The translations under genes and the position numbers were made by a program. Shown here piece by piece: positions 20,801 to 30,223 of a DNA stretch of 64,000 nt. How positions within the stretch are numbered: position 1 is the stretch's first letter; each line of letters begins with the position of its first letter. The notes below the pieces were generated by a model. That model made no database searches. It saw nothing but the letters and a program-made list of their open reading frames with translations, and was not told the origin of the DNA. Source of the DNA: an uncultured virus (IMG/VR IMGVR_UViG_3300042356_001097) (Duplodnaviria; Heunggongvirae; Uroviricota; Caudoviricetes); IMG/VR virus record IMGVR_UViG_3300042356_001097; one strand, 5' to 3'.

Positions 20801-23800
20801 CCATTGCAGCGTTTAGGCTTTCTAAAGCTGATGCTGCTGCTGTTGCAGTATCTTTAATTTCATTAAACTTACCTTTTGAACCTACTGTAACCTTAGACGC
20901 AATTGATGCAAACTCAGAAGATGCATACATTGTATATATCTTTTTAGACGCTTCTTCAGCAGATACTCCCATTGCAATCAGTTGCTCTTTTAATCTTATT
21001 GCAAGAGCTTCTTGTTCATCTGCACTTGTCTTGTTAATTAAAAGAACTTGATCCGAGTAGTTATCCTTAACTTCTTTTTTAAGCTTCTTATACTCTTCGA
21101 TAGTAACATTGATTGGAGTTCCAGAACCCTGCATGCTTTCGTATAAAAGCGTGTTTCTTTCTTTAAGAGCTTTTGCATTAGCAATTGCTTCTTTAATCTT
21201 ATCGTTAAAGTTTGTAAATTTAAGTCCTGCTTTTTCTGCTTGTTCAGCAGTCATTCCGTAACCTAGAGCATTTAAGCGCATTGATTCTTGATGAGCCTTG
21301 TATCTGTTTATAGCAATTCCTATAGCCAGTGATCCAGCTCCAACTATAAGATTTAATCTTGTAAGTGATTTTGCTGCGAAGGCTCCCATCTTTGCAAACT
21401 TTCCACCTTCTAATGAAGCTTTTTCAAGCCTCTCTCCATACTTTGTCAATACCATTAGGTCTTTACCGTTAACAGTAACTCCCTCTAAGGCTTTAGTTGC
21501 TCCTATTGGAGCTGTAAGCTTACCCTTGCTTGTCATTGGAGCTTTTGCTCCACCACCGAACCCGCTGCCTCCCATGCCAAGCATAGATCCGAGCATCATT
21601 CCTATGAAATCTCCGCCTGGAATACCGCTTGCTTTTCCTGCTGCTTGACCACCGTATGCTCCTAGCATTTGCATAAGCATCATCTTAATCATTCCGCCCA
21701 TATTGTATCCTTGAGCAATTCCATATTTATTACTTGGAACAATGCCGCCTGAGTTTCTAGGAACAAATAGTTCTGGACCCTTTTCTCCAACAATGTAAGG
21801 CTGTCCTGAATTAACTGGGCCGCCCATTTCTCTTTTTTCTAAACCAAATATAATTTTCTTTAAAGATTCTGTAAGCGGGGTATCCTTTTTAGAATCCCAA
21901 TTTAAATATTTGTTTCGCAAAATGTCTTTATCAATTGGAGAAAGTTGTTTAATTATGTTTCTGTCTCCAATAAGATCTGAAGCGGCTGATCTTATTACAG
22001 AGTCTAGTACGTCTGGCTCAAGTCCGTTCTTTAATTTACCATCTGGCATCTTTACATATCCGTAAGGTTTTTCTTTTGCTAGTGCTGCCGCAAACTTGTC
22101 ATAGAATAATTTTTGAGTATGCTTTCTTAAACCTGTGTTTGCAAATAGCTTGTCGGCCATTTCAATAGATAGAGAGTTCACTCCCCATGGAGCTGACTCG
22201 TACATACTTGGCTTAGGTGCTCCTGTTGGACCAAAACCTGCACCAATTCTATGCATTGCTCTACCCTTAAGAACATTTCCGATCATTCCACCAATGTTAA
22301 ATCCGTTTGAATCATTCTTAAAATCGTTATCTGATAGGCTTGCAGCGTGACCTTTTTGTCTACGCTTTAATTCATCTGCTGCAATCATTTTAGCAATAGC
22401 TGCTGGTGTCATTTGTTTCTTTGGAGTAATTTCTATTGATGAATGAAGAGCATGAAGATCTCTATAATTTTCTCTTCTTGCATCAGATAGTCTTTGAATC
22501 ATTGCATTGTAGACAACCGTCTCTTCTGGATTTAAATCAAATCTAGATATTGTCTGCTTTAGTCTTGGAAGAACATTTTCAATTTCATCCAACATTCTTT
22601 GATGATATTGATCTGCCGTCATACCCTTTGGGATATCTGAAGTTGCTTCAGCAAAGAATTTCTTTGTGTTACTTCCCTTTACTCCAAGAAGGTTGACAAA
22701 TGCTTGATGCTTAAATGAAGGCATTGTTGCAGAATAATCTGAGTCTCCAGAGGCTGTGTTAAACACACCTGAAGTTCCGCCGTCTGCAACACGATTCCCT
22801 CCTAAATTACCCCTAGCTAAGTCTTTGTCTCCACGCAATGCAGATAAAGATAATTGCTTAAAGTATGTATCTTCATCAAATGTGTCAGGCATATTTGCAA
22901 AGTCTGTGTCGTACTTAGACTCTAATGCTAATACTTTTCTGCGGCCTGCTGGATCTGTTGGGTCTTTAATTACAACAACTCTTTGGTTGGGAGCCTTTAA
23001 CCCATTCTCAAGATCATTAGTAATTTCATTAAATCTTGATTCAGCAAGTGCTCTTTTTTCGCTTACTACTGGTTTAACAAAAAACTTTTCTCCGTTTCTA
23101 GAATATATTCCACCTATTCCACTAACTGGGAAGCTGTGGCCCTTGTCGTCTGATTGTAGTTTTTCATCATACGTAGTTACCTGATCTTTGCTGTATCTAG
23201 AATTTTTAACCGCTTGATCTGCTTTTTCCATGGCAGCTCTTGCTGCTCTCTGGGCTTCAACCTGCTTAATAGTTTTAGGCATTCCCAAGAACATTGCTTT
23301 GCCGCCGCCAAATAATCTTTGTGCAAACTTTCCTGGAATTTCTCCACCTTGTGCAAATCGTCCTTCTATTTCTCCGCCTTTATTTGCAGTTTTTGCTATC
23401 TGACCAAACCCAAGACTTTTAGAAGCTACTCCTCTTCTCATTAATTTAAATAGTTGTGGGAGAGAAATAATTCCCTTCCTTCTATCTAGAATTGCTTGTG
23501 GAACTGTTGTGCCAAATCTTTTTAGCCAAGACCTGTCCTGTAGTGCTATTGCTTTATCTGTCATAAGAACTTCGTCTGGAAAATAAGAAAATGATCTTTG
23601 TCCCTTGATGGATAAAGCCCTTCTTACATCATTTGCTGCTGTATTTAAATCTGCTTCTCCCCAAAATGCCTGTCCAAAGTTTCCAGCAGATTTATATCCC
23701 CATTTAGCATCTGGGCTAGTGTGTGTGCTGTGCAAGTTTGTTGCAGAGACCTTTCCATATTTATCTATTACCCATTTGCCGCTTTTTTTCTCAAAGCCTA

Positions 23801-26800
23801 AATCTTTAAATAGCCTATCAACAAAATCTTTTCCGCCAAACTTATCTGGATTATTATTAATATAATCTAGCATGGCTGGAGTAGGTCTAGCGTCGCTAGC
23901 ACCAATTCTTCCAACTGCGTCTGTGTTAAGTTGTCTTCGGTTCTTTGGATCTACATTAGAGTTAGCATCTCTTACAAGCTTAACCGCAGTATTAAATTGT
24001 TTTTGTCTTATCTCTCTCCATACCTTTTTGTCTATAGTTCCATTTTCACCCATTGCTCCGTCAGGTTTAGGTAACATTGCTTGTCTATAGTTTTCGCTTG
24101 CTATTTCAACCGCCTGATCAATAGGTATACCCTTATTGTTTAAAACAGTTGCATCATGCATTACGCTTCTATGAGCTAATTCTTTTTGCCATCCTCCAGG
24201 TCCGCCTGGTTCAAATGCATTTTGATATCTTTCTTGCAAACGTAGAATTTTTTTCCAAGTTCCCCAGTCAGGATTTCCACCTTCAGATAATCCAAATCCA
24301 GTATTGCCTGGACCTCCATTTAATGAATACATTAAAGGCATATCTTTTTGTGCAATATCTGCTGGAATGACAGCCTCTCCTGGTGTCAATACAACAGGAA
24401 CCTGCCCGCCCCTATTCCTATATACTGGTCTTCCACCAAGTAGGTTTTGAATAATTGGCATATTGGCTTCTGTGCCTGCTTTGTTAATTACAAAAGATCC
24501 TTCTTCAGCCGTTGTATGATAAGTATCTGTGTTTCCAGTTCCTGGAACTATACCGCCCTTATTAAATTTAGGCTTTGTTGTTTCAATATTATATCCTGCA
24601 CCTGAAGTTCTAACTCCGCCCAGTGCTCTTGCAATTCTATCCACAAGAGTTTTTGTAGGACCCTTATGAAACATTTCTTTCATGTTAGATTTTCCAGTAG
24701 CTGGATCGACCACTGGTTGGGATGTAAGTGGAACGGTTGTTAAGTTTGCAGTTCTTCCCATAGTGCTTGCAGTTAATGCAGTAGTTTCCGCAAGCATTGC
24801 TTCAACTGTTGCATTTAATTGAAGTATCTTTGCTCTTGCTTGATCTACTGTTATTTTGCTTGCTTGAAGTTGCTTAACAATTGCTGCAGTTTCTTGTGCC
24901 GCTAAAGATGTGATTTCGGTAAACTGTGGAAGCAAGGCTTGGTAAGAATCTGAAAGGCTTGCTGTAACTGTACCTGTTGACATAACTTCTGCTTTTAATA
25001 ATTTAAGTTCCGATTCAGATTGCATTGCAATTGCAGCAGTCATAGCATGCCATTTTGCTGCTTCTTGTGCGACAATTCCTGTTGATATTCCATTTACAGA
25101 AGTTACTCCAGGTATCCTAGGCAGATCTGAATCCATATAAGACTGTGGGTTACTTCCAATTCTAATGTTTACTGGCTTAGCTCCTGGGACTGTTCCAAAG
25201 ATTGTTCCCATTTGTTCTGTAGCTGTTGGTGTAAAGTGAGACATATCTCTTGTGTAAGACTTACCTACTAATGGATTATTCTTATCAACAATTCTTTGTC
25301 CGCCTGGTGTTCCCGCTGATATTACTGACCCTGCAACTGTTGAAATTCCTGGTTGCACTGCAACTTTTGCTGAGTTTGCTTTTATTTCAAGATTATCAAA
25401 TGATGCTGCAAGAGTGTTTATTGCATTTGTTAATACAACTGTTGCCTCTGTGTCTGAATAGAATGATGTAGCAAGGCCTTTTGCCGCAGCGTCTGCTGCC
25501 ATAATTTCTGGTGTTAGAAGTTTAAATCCTTGACCACCTCTAGCTAATTGTCTTAGATGAAAAATTCCCTTGATAACATATCCAATAAAGTTACCCATTA
25601 CACCAGCCAACATAATAAGAGGTCCAGATACTGCGGTTATTCCTCCTAGTACATTTAGGAATGTCTTTACTGGCTGAGGAAGCTTCTGGAAGAATTTAAT
25701 AATTCCATCTACTACTTCTAAAACCTTTGTGCTAATTGTTAAAAATTGATTTCCTACTGCTGCAAGATCTGCTTGAACTGAAGCAAGGGCTCTCTTAAAT
25801 TTACCAGAGGCTGACTCTGTCATCATTCCTAATTCTCGGGATGATATGTTTGCAAGATCTGTTGCACTTGCCTTCATGAGATCCATTACTTGAAGTGTCT
25901 GAGATCCTTCTTTTCCTAAGTTTTCAAATAGGGCAGACATTCTTGCATACTGGAACTTACCAAATAGCTGCTCAATTGCTCTTGACTTGCTTAACGGATC
26001 TAAATTATCTAATGCGCTCTGCAGTTCAACAATTGTTGCTGTTAAGTTACCTGCGTTAGATGTTACAATTTGATCAATGTTTATTCCAAAGCCCGTAAAC
26101 ATTTCCTTGGCAACCTTTGTTGGGTTAATAAGAGAAGCCATTGCTGACTTGATTGCGTTAGCACCTTCTGATGCGTTTACTCCGCCCTCTTTCATTGCAG
26201 TTAAATACAATGCTAAATCTTTTACGTCTCCACCTAGTGACTGTACTACTGGGCCTGCTTTAGGAATTGCTTCAACTAAATCCGCAAGGCTTGTTGAGGT
26301 TTGGTTTTCAACTGCGTTAAGGAAGTCAATTGATTGCGTTAATTCATCTGTACTGGACTTAAATGCATTTTGAATAGCAAGAGTTGCCTTCATTGCTTCT
26401 TGTCTATCAACTTCTCCAAGCACTGCAAGTCTTGATGTTTCTTTTGTTGCCTTGAGTAGCGCCTCGCCCTGTTGCCCTGTTGCGGCTAAATCTGCAGCAA
26501 GTGCGATTGTATCTTTGAATGCAATACCATATGACCCTGCAATTTCTCTTGCAGTGTCCGAAACATCTTTTCTTACTTTTGCAAGCTCTGTTGCAGATAC
26601 GGCAGATAGACCACCATAAACCTTTGTTAGTCTTACTAACTCTTGATCTGCTTCTCTAAACGCTTTTTGTGCAGCCATTCCAAATGCTGCTAAAGGTACT
26701 GTTAGTCCTACTGTTAACTGACGACCAGCCCACTGAGTATTTTTACCCCAGTTAATAAGTTGATTGGATCCATCAAGCATAACCTTATTCATAATGGCTA

Positions 26801-27272
26801 GCTCTTGTCTTGCAATTGCTGTTCTATTTTTTACTTCATCAAGGCCTTTTGCAACCATTACGTTGTACTGCATTAAGCCCTGTGCGTTTTTACCAATAGG
26901 TTGGATGATGGCCTGCTCCATCATTACCTGTTGTTTTGCAAGATCTCTAACTAAAGTGCTTGTTTTTCTTGTATGCCCCTGCCAGGTCTGGAAGTAGTTG
27001 TTTAGCTTTAGTTGACCTCTGTCTAGGTTTCTACCAAACTTTTCTACATCTGAAGTAAGGGATACGAAGTGTTGCGAGAACTGACCTGTTGATGTAAGCG
27101 TTGTTGCAAACGCTTTATTCATTACTGCAATTTGATTTGCAAGCTTGGCGTTAGTTCCCGCTGTAACTTCTTGTAATTTTAAGAGTTGGGCAGTAGTCGC
27201 AGCCAGTTGGGTTCTTAAGCCCGTAAAGTCTGCGTTGGCGGTAATATTAGTGGTGATTAAATTATCTGCCAT
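17817..27272 (-). CDS. tape measure protein with inserted cargo domains (3151 aa)
   Basis: Follows the tail chaperones; N-terminal TMP core (GLTVPL, ENQTSTSL, EGGVNASEGANA), TM-like segments and GGxVxGPG repeats. Confidence 0.92.
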   Translation of the reverse strand: MADNLITTNITANADFTGLRTQLAATTAQLLKLQEVTAGTNAKLANQIAVMNKAFATTLTSTGQFSQHFVSLTSDVEKFGRNLDRGQLKLNNYFQTWQGHTRKTSTLVRDLAKQQVMMEQAIIQPIGKNAQGLMQYNVMVAKGLDEVKNRTAIARQELAIMNKVMLDGSNQLINWGKNTQWAGRQLTVGLTVPLAAFGMAAQKAFREADQELVRLTKVYGGLSAVSATELAKVRKDVSDTAREIAGSYGIAFKDTIALAADLAATGQQGEALLKATKETSRLAVLGEVDRQEAMKATLAIQNAFKSSTDELTQSIDFLNAVENQTSTSLADLVEAIPKAGPVVQSLGGDVKDLALYLTAMKEGGVNASEGANAIKSAMASLINPTKVAKEMFTGFGINIDQIVTSNAGNLTATIVELQSALDNLDPLSKSRAIEQLFGKFQYARMSALFENLGKEGSQTLQVMDLMKASATDLANISSRELGMMTESASGKFKRALASVQADLAAVGNQFLTISTKVLEVVDGIIKFFQKLPQPVKTFLNVLGGITAVSGPLIMLAGVMGNFIGYVIKGIFHLRQLARGGQGFKLLTPEIMAADAAAKGLATSFYSDTEATVVLTNAINTLAASFDNLEIKANSAKVAVQPGISTVAGSVISAGTPGGQRIVDKNNPLVGKSYTRDMSHFTPTATEQMGTIFGTVPGAKPVNIRIGSNPQSYMDSDLPRIPGVTSVNGISTGIVAQEAAKWHAMTAAIAMQSESELKLLKAEVMSTGTVTASLSDSYQALLPQFTEITSLAAQETAAIVKQLQASKITVDQARAKILQLNATVEAMLAETTALTASTMGRTANLTTVPLTSQPVVDPATGKSNMKEMFHKGPTKTLVDRIARALGGVRTSGAGYNIETTKPKFNKGGIVPGTGNTDTYHTTAEEGSFVINKAGTEANMPIIQNLLGGRPVYRNRGGQVPVVLTPGEAVIPADIAQKDMPLMYSLNGGPGNTGFGLSEGGNPDWGTWKKILRLQERYQNAFEPGGPGGWQKELAHRSVMHDATVLNNKGIPIDQAVEIASENYRQAMLPKPDGAMGENGTIDKKVWREIRQKQFNTAVKLVRDANSNVDPKNRRQLNTDAVGRIGASDARPTPAMLDYINNNPDKFGGKDFVDRLFKDLGFEKKSGKWVIDKYGKVSATNLHSTHTSPDAKWGYKSAGNFGQAFWGEADLNTAANDVRRALSIKGQRSFSYFPDEVLMTDKAIALQDRSWLKRFGTTVPQAILDRRKGIISLPQLFKLMRRGVASKSLGFGQIAKTANKGGEIEGRFAQGGEIPGKFAQRLFGGGKAMFLGMPKTIKQVEAQRAARAAMEKADQAVKNSRYSKDQVTTYDEKLQSDDKGHSFPVSGIGGIYSRNGEKFFVKPVVSEKRALAESRFNEITNDLENGLKAPNQRVVVIKDPTDPAGRRKVLALESKYDTDFANMPDTFDEDTYFKQLSLSALRGDKDLARGNLGGNRVADGGTSGVFNTASGDSDYSATMPSFKHQAFVNLLGVKGSNTKKFFAEATSDIPKGMTADQYHQRMLDEIENVLPRLKQTISRFDLNPEETVVYNAMIQRLSDARRENYRDLHALHSSIEITPKKQMTPAAIAKMIAADELKRRQKGHAASLSDNDFKNDSNGFNIGGMIGNVLKGRAMHRIGAGFGPTGAPKPSMYESAPWGVNSLSIEMADKLFANTGLRKHTQKLFYDKFAAALAKEKPYGYVKMPDGKLKNGLEPDVLDSVIRSAASDLIGDRNIIKQLSPIDKDILRNKYLNWDSKKDTPLTESLKKIIFGLEKREMGGPVNSGQPYIVGEKGPELFVPRNSGGIVPSNKYGIAQGYNMGGMIKMMLMQMLGAYGGQAAGKASGIPGGDFIGMMLGSMLGMGGSGFGGGAKAPMTSKGKLTAPIGATKALEGVTVNGKDLMVLTKYGERLEKASLEGGKFAKMGAFAAKSLTRLNLIVGAGSLAIGIAINRYKAHQESMRLNALGYGMTAEQAEKAGLKFTNFNDKIKEAIANAKALKERNTLLYESMQGSGTPINVTIEEYKKLKKEVKDNYSDQVLLINKTSADEQEALAIRLKEQLIAMGVSAEEASKKIYTMYASSEFASIASKVTVGSKGKFNEIKDTATAAASALESLNAAMATDRDPTEQANQLNTALMALSTDVEKRQADAVKKERALATKEGRYFSSGDEKQAKLKAEEEAIEAINKDVQSQAVLTREVVDEMAKIDPSIRQIVSEQDTALSLWQKTRIQVKGYTGDLRNLTAAQTNDLYQLQIALGKVIESANRAKGGALEKQYAKLDRDKQRQAAYERAAKGQKVADQISDREKMSALQKQIDLNNKLADARIKALTAAKEEGDIAREIAKKQAEYDAAIATGNTAGAQQASLDMEGLQSQLQFNAQVKNEENARDVKNAPLLKQIEAMQKKQQKLSDNAAIAGEKLGDLTKSIATQESAIDAVNSSMLDYQIKLSSMEPAERKKWEASRVAREQLAAIGDAAQKAGIKIDGLKDIDLGARLMKNLESGLGSVKTIVTNGEVTIMVGKDAFKPGKGGDGSYGNPFQGGSASVALGEKLGVPIRETITEKGWDTSFGPTSDREIVKKYAKQQDFAKDTQFTLTNKDGSVAQFKVVDDKFNVQLQKITPAEKKAMGGQVNNYDNGGGVSGPGTKTSDSIPAMLSDGEWVIKADSVEKAKKEFGSSFFDDLNAGKFHEGGKVGHKHGSSSPTMPNPFGMGMEWFGKTLSSAANSVVKNVLGFDITTPFSKKSKTEFLSMALLPVGGGAGKGISSSVPKVAGAVSHLTPEMKSFGMADIDAKAMQALSKMDLSSIKIPETGISFNPSSAKAALEGLKEGVTSSSTWEIIQAQRETLLKKKYPKIDFSDVTKFNEYYAKEFYDLLPDEAIKLFKGVRGTIGDAWRTGQKDLGTYFSTNPHIAALYSAMIGKAKLGEELPMFGIDKKISELKNFLGEGAIRNGSAQGSMEFPQVLGGDDLLKMLPSIYSLPGQVYGQMFGATAKSLKEIKNLWPSGFASGGYVNPTYSAKMSVPSFDSGINSVPVDMLAMIHKNEAVVPANMNPFNPNANNATMGGATYNITNNINGYDGDLNQLSRMVTQQTVTAIKSMDSRAASALGPKMNVGIS

Positions 27273-27281
27273 ATGTATATG

Positions 27282-27946
27282 TTACTCTATAGAGTATCCT
27301 AATCCTGCTCCAATGCCGAATCCAGCTTCGCTGGCAAATGCTCCTTGTAGTCCAACAACATCATCTGCTGATGCGTTTATTCCAAGTGCTCTTCTTCTAA
27401 CATCTTCGAAAGACGACTCCTCCTTATTTTCATTACTGCTTTCATTTAACTCAACACCTTGAATCGAAGCTAAGAACTTTCTTTTCTCTGATTCCGTTTT
27501 TTGCATTGACTTAAAAGTCTGGACCATCTCTGGCATTGAAAGATTATCTTCTAGTTCTTCGTAATTTTTCCAATTACCTAAAAGAAATACTTCCCCTTCT
27601 AAAGCGGCTAGATCTAGTTCTGACCAGCCAGTACCGCTGCCGCTAGTAGGTTTGGGTCGTCCATCTTAATTCCTCCGCAGATCTCAAGGATGCGGTTGAT
27701 TGTTGGAACGTCAAGTGTGTCTTCAAATGCGTCTTTATCCTTTACCAATTCAGGCAATTGCTTTTCTAGGGCTACTGCACATGCTTCGATAAGAATCGTG
27801 AGTGTTTCGTCTTCTGATGTTACTTCTTGTGTCTTCTGAATGACCTTCATAAACTTACGAAGCTCTTTAATTGTTAAAGGCTTAAGTTTAACGGTTGCGC
27901 CATTTTGTAGCTGAATTTCTTCAACATCGTATACTGTTGTTGCCAT
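27282..27946 (-). CDS. tail assembly chaperone GT (programmed -1 frameshift product)
   Basis: Slippery C CCA AAC at 27656-27650; the -1 frame reads ...GWSELDLAALEGEVFLLGNWKNYEELEDNLSMPE into the 27282-27536 ORF. Confidence 0.8.
27614..27946 (-). CDS. tail assembly chaperone G
   Basis: Between major tail and tape measure; AGGAGG RBS. Confidence 0.85.
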   Translation of the reverse strand: MATTVYDVEEIQLQNGATVKLKPLTIKELRKFMKVIQKTQEVTSEDETLTILIEACAVALEKQLPELVKDKDAFEDTLDVPTINRILEICGGIKMDDPNLLAAAVLAGQN

Positions 27947-27974
27947 TTAATCCTCCTAGGATCTAGTCTTAATT

Positions 27975-28003
27975 ATTGTATCATATTGAGAATATAATGG
28001 CAA
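27975..28003 (-). promoter_or_regulatory. sigma70-type promoter
   Basis: TTGCCA-17-TACAAT with TGn extension. Confidence 0.6.
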
Positions 28004-28004
28004 T

Positions 28005-28036
28005 AAAAAACCCCCCAATTTCTTGAGGGGAATTTT
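28005..28036 (-). terminator. terminator after the major tail gene
   Basis: Minus strand CCCCTCAA-GAAA-TTGGGGGG-TTTTTT. Confidence 0.8.
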
Positions 28037-28055
28037 ATTAATTAATTAATATTAA

Positions 28056-28817
28056 TTATAGCCAGGTGCGGTCTACGATTGTACCGTATTCTGCGCCTGC
28101 GTCTGCTGATGCTCCTGATGGAAGCAAACGGAATGTTACTGGGAATGTTGATGCTGCGTTACGAGCCAAAGAGAACTGTGACTGTTGTACAGAAAGAACA
28201 CGACGAGCATAATATACACGCTCTGTCTTTGATGATGCTGCAGTTGTTGGAGCTTGTCCGACTGCAACTAATTGACGCTCAACTGGAGCTTCTCCTAGTG
28301 CACCTGCTGCAAGACCTAGCTTCTTACCTGATTCAGTAAGAGTTGCTGCTGATTGTCCGAATACGCCAAGAACGTTCTCAAGAGTACCTTCTGCGAATTC
28401 TGTTGCAATCATAACTTCCATTGTCTCCTTGAATAGCTTTGCTGAGTCAAGAAGCTGATCTACTGTTACTGAACCGTATGATGGGTTGTAAGTAATTTGA
28501 AGACCGTTATTTGTGTAACCTACGTTACGGTATGCAGCTCCTGTAGTTGCTGATGCTGCTCCTGATGCGTCTACGTCTACTCCGTTAAGAGTTGTGATGT
28601 ATGACTCACCTGCTACATAACCGACTACTGGTGTTCCAGAGCCTGCTGTACCGTTCTTAAATGCTGGAACTGTCTTGTTGCGTCCAGTTGCACCTGATAC
28701 TGCTGTGCCTGGAATCAAGTTTTCTACGTATCCTGATGTAGTAGAATCTTCTACTGACAAGAATAGTGGTGACGCACCAACAAGAATATTTCTAGCATTA
28801 CCTGTGTTTTGTGCCAT
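28056..28817 (-). CDS. major tail protein
   Basis: NILVGA, GYTNNGL..Y.P, VDQLLD, FPVTFRLLP; strong RBS and a downstream terminator. Confidence 0.85.
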   Translation of the reverse strand: MAQNTGNARNILVGASPLFLSVEDSTTSGYVENLIPGTAVSGATGRNKTVPAFKNGTAGSGTPVVGYVAGESYITTLNGVDVDASGAASATTGAAYRNVGYTNNGLQITYNPSYGSVTVDQLLDSAKLFKETMEVMIATEFAEGTLENVLGVFGQSAATLTESGKKLGLAAGALGEAPVERQLVAVGQAPTTAASSKTERVYYARRVLSVQQSQFSLARNAASTFPVTFRLLPSGASADAGAEYGTIVDRTWL

Positions 28818-28899
28818 GTTGTAAAACCTCCATTAAATAAATATATATATATTGACTTGCTGTAAATCAAGCTGGCTAGGCTCATTTCCTCTTAGTCCA

Positions 28900-28928
28900 A
28901 TTTTACTGGATTACCCCTTTAAAAGCAA
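28900..28928 (-). promoter_or_regulatory. putative promoter of the major tail gene
   Basis: TTGCTT-17-TAAAAT, the same hexamers as at 34576-34604. Confidence 0.5.
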
Positions 28929-29438
28929 CTAGGCGAATCTTCCCAGCCTATCTGTAACTCTAGAGTACTTGACTTCCAGGATTACGTCAGTTGATAGGAA
29001 CCCCTGAAGTTCTTGGGATGGTTCAATTGGAGATGTTTCCGAAATATAAATGCTGTGGAAAATTAGATTATTGCTAGTCTTTGATATATTGACATCATTT
29101 GCCGATTCGTCCATTCTTCTAAATAGGTCGGTCATGAGGTTTCTCATCTCATATAACTCTGTAACATCTGTTGAATATAGGGTAAATAAAACCTTCTCAC
29201 AGCATATGAGCCAGTTTTCTTCGTATGACATTCCGATCTTATCATATACGATATGCTTCTTGCCATTTAGGAATTGATCCATCTCTGGCAATTGTTGAAC
29301 TGGGACAATAGGAACTATCTCAGACCCTAAGTTATCTGAGTAGTAGTCATCTGGATCAAATAGGCCAGTCAGCTTTAGTTGTGCCCACAAAAACTTGCGA
29401 AGCTCAAACATTGCATCTATCTTGTAATCTGCTGTCAT
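28929..29438 (-). CDS. tail terminator-like protein
   Basis: Position immediately before the major tail gene; 169 aa. Confidence 0.6.
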   Translation of the reverse strand: MTADYKIDAMFELRKFLWAQLKLTGLFDPDDYYSDNLGSEIVPIVPVQQLPEMDQFLNGKKHIVYDKIGMSYEENWLICCEKVLFTLYSTDVTELYEMRNLMTDLFRRMDESANDVNISKTSNNLIFHSIYISETSPIEPSQELQGFLSTDVILEVKYSRVTDRLGRFA

Positions 29439-30223
29439 AGTGACCCTCCAAATGATGAGCTTAATGCTGCATCTGCCTGCATTCTTATTTTACCAGCACT
29501 AAAGCTATACTGCACCTTTTTAATATTAATTGGAACGCTTAAAGCCCTTGTGATCTTAGAATTAAATATCCTTTGAAAACCAGAAGATTTTATTGAAGAG
29601 TTTACTAGTTGCCCGCCAAAGAATCTCCCATACGTAAGTGCAAATTGATTTGTTGCAGCCTTACCTCCAGGCCTCTTAACGGTCACAGAGGTACCTTTAG
29701 GCATAAAGACTGTTGAGCCATCTAATTCAAATACTAAGCGCTCTGCGGACTTTGGACGAATTACTATGGGCATTCCTTCTTCCATTACAGAAGCCTTGTT
29801 TGCAAATACATATTTTCTCTTTTGTTTTTTATTTTTAGATGGCACGGCTGATTTAGATAATTTAAAATTACGGCCTATTCTAAATGAAAGTCCGCCTGTG
29901 TCTATTAAATATAAATCAAATAATCTAAATGCAGGATTTCCAGTCTTGTTCCATTCATATACATGGTGCAGGCTTCTGGGCTTTGTTCTTGCTTGGGCAT
30001 CCACATATTGGCCAAAGTCTTTTTCTATTTGATTGAATATCGTTGTTTTAAATAAATTCTTAAACTCAGCATTAGATGTTAACTTAGAAAGAACCGCTGC
30101 TTCATAATACAAGAATGCAGATATCTGTGCTACTGTGCTATCTCTTATTACTCCTGGAGCTGACCCTGCCATTAATCTTTCTAGACCACTGGCGGTTTGT
30201 AATAGTGCTACGCTACTGTCCAA
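29435..30223 (-). CDS. tail completion/neck protein (putative)
   Basis: LHHVYEW, FANKASVMEEG; head-tail gene block. Confidence 0.55.
   Translation of the reverse strand: MDSSVALLQTASGLERLMAGSAPGVIRDSTVAQISAFLYYEAAVLSKLTSNAEFKNLFKTTIFNQIEKDFGQYVDAQARTKPRSLHHVYEWNKTGNPAFRLFDLYLIDTGGLSFRIGRNFKLSKSAVPSKNKKQKRKYVFANKASVMEEGMPIVIRPKSAERLVFELDGSTVFMPKGTSVTVKRPGGKAATNQFALTYGRFFGGQLVNSSIKSSGFQRIFNSKITRALSVPINIKKVQYSFSAGKIRMQADAALSSSFGGSL

Noticed and set aside
28031..28060. AT-only palindromic run as origin or operator
   Set aside because: Low-complexity spacer between a stop codon and a terminator; no iterons seen.
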